Positions 37,503 to 42,738 of a DNA stretch of 42,738 nt are shown one piece after another (the first letter of the stretch is position 1; each line of letters starts with the position of its first letter). The notes below the pieces were generated by a model. It did no database searches and was not told the origin of the DNA. It saw nothing but the letters and a program-made list of their open reading frames with translations. The stretch lies in IMG/VR virus record IMGVR_UViG_3300044514_000023, positions 1 to 42,738 of that record. One strand, given 5' to 3'. The position numbers and the translations under genes were made by a program. The DNA is from a virus (taxonomy: Duplodnaviria; Caudoviricetes).

Positions 37503-37854
37503 CCTGATCGGCTACGTGCTAGGCGTTATCCTCCACGGCGTGCAGAAGTACGCGGACTTCAAGCGCGAGAAGTCCGAGGGCTGGTATCTGACTGCCAAGC
37601 TCTGGGACAACCTAGGCTCCGCGGTGATCGCGGTCGTCTGCTTCGGGTTGTGGGACGCCGGGTGGATCGCACTCGCCCTGGAGGCCGTTGTCCGTGGCGT
37701 CTACAACGGTCTCGGAGGAGCTTCCGAACTCCCTCGCCTGCCTATCAACGTCTACACGTCGCTGCTGGCCGGATACGTGATGGACTCGGCAGGTCGTCGA
37801 GCGGTCGGCATGGTCGAGCGGCGATTCAACGGAGGCGGCGATGCGGCGAAGTGA
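37495..37854 (+). CDS. Multi-TM membrane protein, holin candidate
   Basis: About 3 hydrophobic segments, LLAGYVMDS, charged C-tail. Confidence 0.6.
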   Translation: MGNLIGYVLGVILHGVQKYADFKREKSEGWYLTAKLWDNLGSAVIAVVCFGLWDAGWIALALEAVVRGVYNGLGGASELPRLPINVYTSLLAGYVMDSAGRRAVGMVERRFNGGGDAAK

Positions 37855-38110
37855 GGCGGTCGCCTGCGCGTTCCTAGTCGGCATAGCGTTGATGGGCGTT
37901 GCGGTTCTCGTGGACGTGTGGGCCGGCGCGCCACCAAGGGATTGCGGCTGTGCGAAGCTCGACTTCCTGGCCGAGGAGGTCGAACAAGCGGTCGAGACAG
38001 CGCACCGCGGGGACGTGCCGGACGCCGGCCGGCTGGAGAAGGCTCTCTCCTACGTGGTCGGCCCGTGCGACTGGCGAGAGCAGGACTTGGTGTGCAGTGG
38101 CTCGCGTTGA
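37841..38110 (+). CDS. N-terminal TM/signal hypothetical protein
   Basis: GGAGG RBS; AVACAFLVGIALMGVAVLV. Confidence 0.55.
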   Translation: MRRSEAVACAFLVGIALMGVAVLVDVWAGAPPRDCGCAKLDFLAEEVEQAVETAHRGDVPDAGRLEKALSYVVGPCDWREQDLVCSGSR

Positions 38111-38327
38111 CTGGAAGTCCCCGCTGGTCGTCATCGGCCTGTTGCTCTCCGCGCTCCTCGCCGCGAATGCCTGGTACCTCAGCGGCGTCCGCGAGGAGAT
38201 CGCCGGGTACAGGCTGGAGCTGATCGCGAACGCGAAGGAGACCGCTAGGCTGAGCGCGGATGTACGGTTGCTACTCGGAATCGAGGACAAGCGCGCGGGC
38301 GGCGACCCGTTGAAGGTGACGCCATGA
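38097..38327 (+). CDS. Single-TM + coiled-coil protein
   Basis: LVVIGLLLSALLAANAWYL then a helix. Confidence 0.55.
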   Translation: MARVDWKSPLVVIGLLLSALLAANAWYLSGVREEIAGYRLELIANAKETARLSADVRLLLGIEDKRAGGDPLKVTP

Positions 38328-38515
38328 TCTACGCGTGCTCGACGTGCGGTTCCAAGATCCTTCTACCGCAGGTCTGCCCAACTGACATCCACGCAGAGCG
38401 CGGGCATCTGTGGCACCGGCCATGCGCTTCTATCGTGGACGGCAAGCTCGCTGAGTTTCCGTCGGAGGGCAAGCTCATCCCGGAGACGATCCTGACGCCG
38501 CTGGAGGTCGCATGA
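38324..38515 (+). CDS. Small Zn-binding protein
   Basis: CSTCG...H..C; ATGA-coupled. Confidence 0.55.
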   Translation: MIYACSTCGSKILLPQVCPTDIHAERGHLWHRPCASIVDGKLAEFPSEGKLIPETILTPLEVA

Positions 38516-38628
38516 CCCGTCAGATCCACACCGACACCACGGCGGACGTGCCGAGGTGCTCCGGCTGTGGGGAGTGTGCGGAGTGCCTGGCCCGCGAGGA
38601 GCTGGCGCGGTGGAAGGCCGAGCGATGA
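38512..38628 (+). CDS. 38-aa Cys-rich peptide
   Basis: GGAGG RBS, CSGCGECAEC, coupled both sides. Confidence 0.45.
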   Translation: MTRQIHTDTTADVPRCSGCGECAECLAREELARWKAER

Positions 38629-38972
38629 TCCGCATGACCGCGAAGCAGTACGCCAAGCTGAAGGGAGGTGCCTCGTGCCGGGAGCGTCGTCCCATGACTA
38701 CCCTCTCCCCTACGAGCCGCGCCGCCCCGAGTGAGGCCTGGGCGGTACGTGAAAGCTCGTCCGACATCGCCCCCCTCTGCCACCGTTGCGGCCGCAAGCA
38801 CGGGAGTAAGGGCGGGCCGGCGAGCGGGCACTGGCTGACACCGGGGCGGGCCGGCGAGCTGTGGGAGTGCATGCATTGCTGGGCAGCGCGGGAGACCGTG
38901 GAGGAGACTCGCCGCCGCATCCGCGTAGAGTACGGAGAGGACGGCCTGCCGGAGAGGATGGTGCTACGTTGA
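38625..38972 (+). CDS. Zn-ribbon hypothetical protein
   Basis: CHRCG...WECMHC. Confidence 0.55.
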   Translation: MIRMTAKQYAKLKGGASCRERRPMTTLSPTSRAAPSEAWAVRESSSDIAPLCHRCGRKHGSKGGPASGHWLTPGRAGELWECMHCWAARETVEETRRRIRVEYGEDGLPERMVLR

Positions 38973-39760
38973 GCACGCGCCGTGGAGCAGGGCAAGCCGG
39001 CGACCTTGTGCTCAGCCTCTTCCCCGGTATCGGGCTGCTCGACATGGCCCTCGAGGAGGAGGGCTTCTGCGTCGTGCGCGGGCCTGATCTGCTCTGGGGC
39101 GGTGACATCCGCCGCTTCTATCCGCCGGCGGGGAAGTTCAATGGGGTGATCGGTGGGACTCCCTGCCAAGCCTTTTCCCCGTTGCGGAAGCTCGTGGAGC
39201 ATGCGCATCTTCCCGTGGCCGCTGACCTGATCCCCGAGTTTGAGCGGTGTGTCTGTGAAGCTGGCCCAGAGTGGTTCCTGATGGAGAACGTTCCGGGGGC
39301 TCCACTACCCACTGTCCCGGGTTATATCGTGAAGGATCAACTCATCCGAGACGTAGCGGTCGGCGGCGAAACCAACAGGCTCAGGCGATTTTCTTTCGGT
39401 ACCGTCACGGGATTGACGCTGTCCATCGAATGGGCCGCCCTACATCGTACCGATCCGGCGCCGACCGTCTTGGCCTCTGGTGGCTATGCCGTCGGAGTGA
39501 AACGAGGGGAGGCCGTTCGGAAGTGGCGCAAGGGAGCCTCCGCCGCAGGCTTCAAGACCAAGAGTGTGTGGGAATACTCTCGCCGCCTTCAGGGGTTGCC
39601 CAATGATTTCTTGGCTGACGCGCCCTTCACCGTGGCCGGCAAGATCAAGGCAGTCGGAAACGGCGTCCCCCTCGCCATGGGGAGGGCGGTGGCGAGGGCG
39701 GTCAAGGCGGCTCTAGCATTGGGAAGAGAGCCACGAAACAGCCTTGGGATCTTAGCGTGA
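38969..39760 (+). CDS. C5 cytosine DNA methyltransferase
   Basis: SLFPGIG (I), GGTPCQAFS (IV), ENV (VI), R.R (VIII), RLQG (IX), GNGV (X). Confidence 0.92.
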   Translation: MSTRRGAGQAGDLVLSLFPGIGLLDMALEEEGFCVVRGPDLLWGGDIRRFYPPAGKFNGVIGGTPCQAFSPLRKLVEHAHLPVAADLIPEFERCVCEAGPEWFLMENVPGAPLPTVPGYIVKDQLIRDVAVGGETNRLRRFSFGTVTGLTLSIEWAALHRTDPAPTVLASGGYAVGVKRGEAVRKWRKGASAAGFKTKSVWEYSRRLQGLPNDFLADAPFTVAGKIKAVGNGVPLAMGRAVARAVKAALALGREPRNSLGILA

Positions 39761-40407
39761 AGGCCAAGCTCATCCTCTGGGCGCTCCTGGCCGTCCTGGC
39801 CGCCGCGGCTGTCCAGCGGGCCCGCGGGAAGGCGGCGGAGGCGGAACGCCAGCTCGAGGCGGCCCGGGCTGAGCAGGCCGGGGCCATCGTCGCCCAGCAG
39901 ATCGCCCAGGAGGCCCTCGACGCCTCTCTCGACAGGGAGGCCGGGCTGACCGCCCAGCTCGACCGGGTGGCCCAGGTGGCCCCCAAGACTACCGTCCGTG
40001 AGATCGTCCGCTGGCGGTCGGGCGAGATTGAGGTTGCGGCCGAAACGCTTTGCCCTGAGCCGGGAACAACCCCACAGGCACAGCCCGCACCTATTCCTAT
40101 TCGGTTCCGTATTGCCGGAGTAGAGGCGAGGCTAGAAAGCCAGAAGGGCAACCTTTTTGCCGTTGGTTCCGTGGAGTTGTGGCGCACCTCACCGCTGCCA
40201 GAGGAAATGCTTGGGAGGGCTCCGTGGAAATCCGGTGAACTCCTGGCACCGAAGGTCGAGCTCGGGGCCAGCTTATCTCGGTTCGCGTGGGGTCCACGTC
40301 GCCCCAAGCATTGGCGGACTGGGTGGTTCGCTGGACCGGCTATTCTCTCGGCTACCGATGGTCGGCTGACCGCCGGCATTGCCCTGGGGTGGGGCTTACA
40401 GTTCTGA
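39757..40407 (+). CDS. TM + coiled-coil + C-terminal beta-strand protein, candidate one-piece spanin
   Basis: LILWALLAVLAAAAV, long A/E/Q helix, ends GIALGWGLQF. Confidence 0.6.
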   Translation: MKAKLILWALLAVLAAAAVQRARGKAAEAERQLEAARAEQAGAIVAQQIAQEALDASLDREAGLTAQLDRVAQVAPKTTVREIVRWRSGEIEVAAETLCPEPGTTPQAQPAPIPIRFRIAGVEARLESQKGNLFAVGSVELWRTSPLPEEMLGRAPWKSGELLAPKVELGASLSRFAWGPRRPKHWRTGWFAGPAILSATDGRLTAGIALGWGLQF

Positions 40408-40427
40408 CAAGCACCGACACGTTCCAC

Positions 40428-40456
40428 TAGACAAAATGCGTCCAACGCGTTACTAT
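40428..40456 (+). promoter_or_regulatory. Promoter of HNH cassette (probably leaderless)
   Basis: TAGACA-17 nt-TACTAT, 7 nt before ATG 40464. Confidence 0.65.
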
Positions 40457-40463
40457 GAGGGCC

Positions 40464-40955
40464 ATGGCCCAGGTAACGTGCCCAGTCTGCTTCGGTCTGT
40501 TTGCTCCAGTCAGGACATGGCAACGCTTCTGTTCACCGAAGTGCCGGCATGTCGCATGGAAGGACCAGGATCTAGCCCGCAGGTTCTCGGAGTTTGTCTG
40601 CGCCTACTGCGGTGAATCGGCGGACACGCTTGACCACGTCCCGCCGCTGTGCACCAGAACGAAGATCACGGAAATGGGTCTCGGCGTCCAGTATCCGTCC
40701 TTCGAGGTTAGATGTTGCCGGGAATGCAATTGTGCTCTTGGGAGTCGGGCTATCTGGACGCTTCGCCAGCGTCGGAAGTTCATCGGTGCCTACTTGAAGA
40801 AGCGATACGCTAGGTACCTGAAGATTCCGAACTGGACGCGAGACGAAATGGGCCCGCTGGGGAGGACCCTATCGAAATACGTTCTGCGGGGGCTGGCCGA
40901 GAAGGAGCGAGCAGAGGCGAGGATAACGTTCACCTCGAGACATGGTCTGTCATGA
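40464..40955 (+). CDS. Free-standing HNH endonuclease (PacI-like Zn-bound) with N-terminal Zn finger
   Basis: CPVC...FCSPKC; CAYCG...DHVPP...CCRECN. Confidence 0.85.
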   Translation: MAQVTCPVCFGLFAPVRTWQRFCSPKCRHVAWKDQDLARRFSEFVCAYCGESADTLDHVPPLCTRTKITEMGLGVQYPSFEVRCCRECNCALGSRAIWTLRQRRKFIGAYLKKRYARYLKIPNWTRDEMGPLGRTLSKYVLRGLAEKERAEARITFTSRHGLS

Positions 40956-40961
40956 TTCCCC

Positions 40962-41183
40962 ATCGCGCCACCACCGGAAACGCTGCTCGGGACCGCCCCG
41001 TGGGAGTCGGCGGAGCTACTGGTCTCGCCGGCCGTGCTGGAGCCTGCCACCCCGCGGGTCGCCTGGGCGCCCAGGAGGCTGAGACACTGGCGGGTGGGGT
41101 GGTTTGCCGGGCCGGCCGTGGTCTACGCGGCGGACGGCAGGGTCACCGGAGGCGTCGTCGTGGGCCTAGGGATCCAGTTCTAG
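40962..41183 (+). pseudogene. Orphaned second copy of the last 73 codons of 39757..40407
   Basis: IAPPPETLLG...GLGIQF* aligns ungapped with 40186-40407 (39/73 identical by manual count); no start codon. Confidence 0.88.
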
Positions 41184-41467
41184 GCAGTACTACCATCGGG
41201 CTTGAGCGACCATAGGTTGTCAAGGACTTTCTCACAGTAAATGGTCTACTAGTACCAGTATGGCTTGAACTGTCAGATACAGATGGTATCATGGAGGCCA
41301 TGGAAGACACACCGACACCCAGAGTTTGGACGGGTCCCTGGGCATGCGTGAGCGCTTTAGCATACCCACAAAGCTACATGGCTTCTTGGCCGATGGCAAG
41401 GGGAAATCGCAAACCCTATAAATCCATCTTGACTCCATAGGTGTCTCCGGGGTAGGAAAGGGGCCGG

Positions 41468-41671
41468 ATGTCTGACTATCTGTTTGCGAGACCTTCGTTT
41501 TTGGCGGGAATGGCCAGAGTCGCTGATCTCGGTGGCGCGCTCGATTCGTACAACGATAGCCCGACCGAGGCATACGCCGACGCCAACGCCCTTTTCATGG
41601 ATTTTTGGGCCGTTGGCAAAGACCTTTATGATGCCTATGTAAGGGCTGCCGAAGAGGCGATCAAGAAGTAG
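41468..41671 (+). CDS. Small conserved-looking hypothetical protein on a lower-GC insert
   Basis: LFARPSFLAGMARVADLGG...YN...AD..A...D..AVG.D; oriented against the early arm. Confidence 0.7.
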   Translation: MSDYLFARPSFLAGMARVADLGGALDSYNDSPTEAYADANALFMDFWAVGKDLYDAYVRAAEEAIKK

Positions 41672-41797
41672 TACGATCTTGCGGCACGGTCCACCGATCT
41701 GCCCAGACCCTGGCCTCCGTCTGGAGTAGTGCCGATCCGCCAAAGATAGCGCTTCTGGATCGCATTGGTTCCGCAGGATCCAACCGTCAATCAGCAC
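41669..41797 (-). pseudogene. Truncated 5' part of a phage protein (DP...LADRHYSR family, possibly Mom/GNAT-like)
   Basis: DPEALSLADRHYSRRRPGSGQIGGPCRKIVLL; the frame then runs antisense into 41468..41671. Confidence 0.5.
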
Positions 41798-41801
41798 GGT
41801 G

Positions 41802-41990
41802 CTATCCCACTGCCCACAGCGCCAGCGCGCAGACCGCCGCGGCTGTCCCCGCGCCGAGCCACCAGCCAACCATCAGGGACCGAGGGTCGTACCGTCGCTC
41901 CCGGTTGATCGCGCGCAGGAACCTGTCGCCGCGGTTGTAGCACGGCCCTTCGTGCGGGCCGCCGCGTGAGCTGAGGAGGTGGAGGTTCAT
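41802..41990 (-). CDS. Small protein with C-terminal TM helix
   Basis: LMVGWWLGAGTAAAVCALALWAV; shares MNLHLL start with the ligase. Confidence 0.6.
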   Translation of the reverse strand: MNLHLLSSRGGPHEGPCYNRGDRFLRAINRERRYDPRSLMVGWWLGAGTAAAVCALALWAVG

Positions 41991-42622
41991 CAGAAATCTT
42001 TCGTCTTGATCTTCACGATCAACCTAGCGCCTTTCTTGTCAAATAGCGTTTCGGCCGGACGCCCAACCAGACCTTCCGCCATGGCCGCTCCGTTGTTCAA
42101 CAGCGACGGAAATCCGGCCTGCACCATCACCGTCGCTTCTTCGAGTGTCATCTCGCCAACGAACGGGACCACGTCAAGGCCGATCTTGGCAGCCACGTCG
42201 CATGTGTTCTCCCAGCTCAACCACCACTTGCCGTCCACTAGTACGTCGAAGACGATGAGCTTCTTTGTGAGGGAATAGTTTCCGCCCTTCTGGATTCCAG
42301 CGCCGTAGCCTTCCCCGTAAATAACGACGTTGCCTTCTGGAAAGACGTTGGACATTGTCGAGGTCGGCACGTTTTCGTACAGCCACCTCACGAGGTCTGC
42401 GTGGATCTGGGCGTTGTCAGTTTTTCCACCGAATCTGAGGATGCCGTTCTCCCAAATGCAACGGATGTTCGTTCCGTCGATTTTCTCGGTCCAGATCCAC
42501 GACTTGACGAGAGAGTACGTGCGATTCTTGAGTCGCGATGGGTCCACCTTGTGAGTTATCTCATCTCGGACGTACAGTGTTTCGATCTTGTGATATTCGC
42601 TTCCGAGGAGGTGGAGGTTCAT
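41990..42622 (-). CDS. RNA ligase (Rnl2-like nucleotidyltransferase domain)
   Basis: YHKI, TEKIDGTN (motif I), YGEGYG, FDV, EGLV, KIK. Confidence 0.9.
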   Translation of the reverse strand: MNLHLLGSEYHKIETLYVRDEITHKVDPSRLKNRTYSLVKSWIWTEKIDGTNIRCIWENGILRFGGKTDNAQIHADLVRWLYENVPTSTMSNVFPEGNVVIYGEGYGAGIQKGGNYSLTKKLIVFDVLVDGKWWLSWENTCDVAAKIGLDVVPFVGEMTLEEATVMVQAGFPSLLNNGAAMAEGLVGRPAETLFDKKGARLIVKIKTKDF

Positions 42623-42738
42623 ACTTCGACCGAGATTCGGACCGCCAGATTCAGTTTAGGCTGCAGACTCGACATGGTGTAGGTGGGGTTGACTTCGACC
42701 TCAACGATCAACCCAGCTTCTAGTCCCTTGGCGATGGC
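42596..42738. repeat. Terminal direct repeat, right copy
   Basis: Matches 1-143 with one mismatch. Confidence 0.97.

Noticed and set aside
40186-41183. Duplicate segments as a diversity-generating retroelement TR/VR pair
   Set aside because: Differences are not confined to adenines, are largely synonymous or conservative, and no reverse transcriptase is present
41184-41210. Minus-strand LKPDGSTA* as the displaced continuation of the truncated 41797 gene
   Set aside because: Too short to support without an alignment

Overview
A complete, GC-rich, circularly closed tailed-phage genome of about 42,595 bp; bases 1-143 repeat at 42596-42738 with one mismatch. The leftward early arm runs from 5734 to 1 and wraps to about 41670. 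It carries small Zn-finger/coiled-coil genes, an exonuclease + annealing-protein recombination pair and an RNA ligase. A divergent promoter region precedes a replication initiator with internal iterons and a DnaB helicase, followed by a leftward accessory operon with a beta-clamp-like gene. The late arm encodes a ParB-MTase, TerS/TerL, a Mu-like head (portal, MuF, protease/scaffold, gpT-type capsid), a non-contractile tail, a lysis/envelope region, a C5 MTase and an HNH. No integrase, transposase, CI-type repressor, tRNA or CRISPR array was recognised. Main unusual observations: (1) the tail-fibre/tailspike gene and two neighbours carry Sec-type signal peptides, and the fibre has 24 locally paired cysteines, suggesting exported, disulfide-folded virion appendages; (2) an HNH cassette that supplies a replacement 3' end for its host gene and orphans the original; (3) a candidate anti-Shine-Dalgarno small RNA complementary to several early-gene RBSs; (4) three early-arm gene cassettes bounded by 16-22 bp direct repeats at gene starts; (5) a candidate one-piece spanin ending in a beta-signal. 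All functional calls come from motif recognition by eye; no searches were run.
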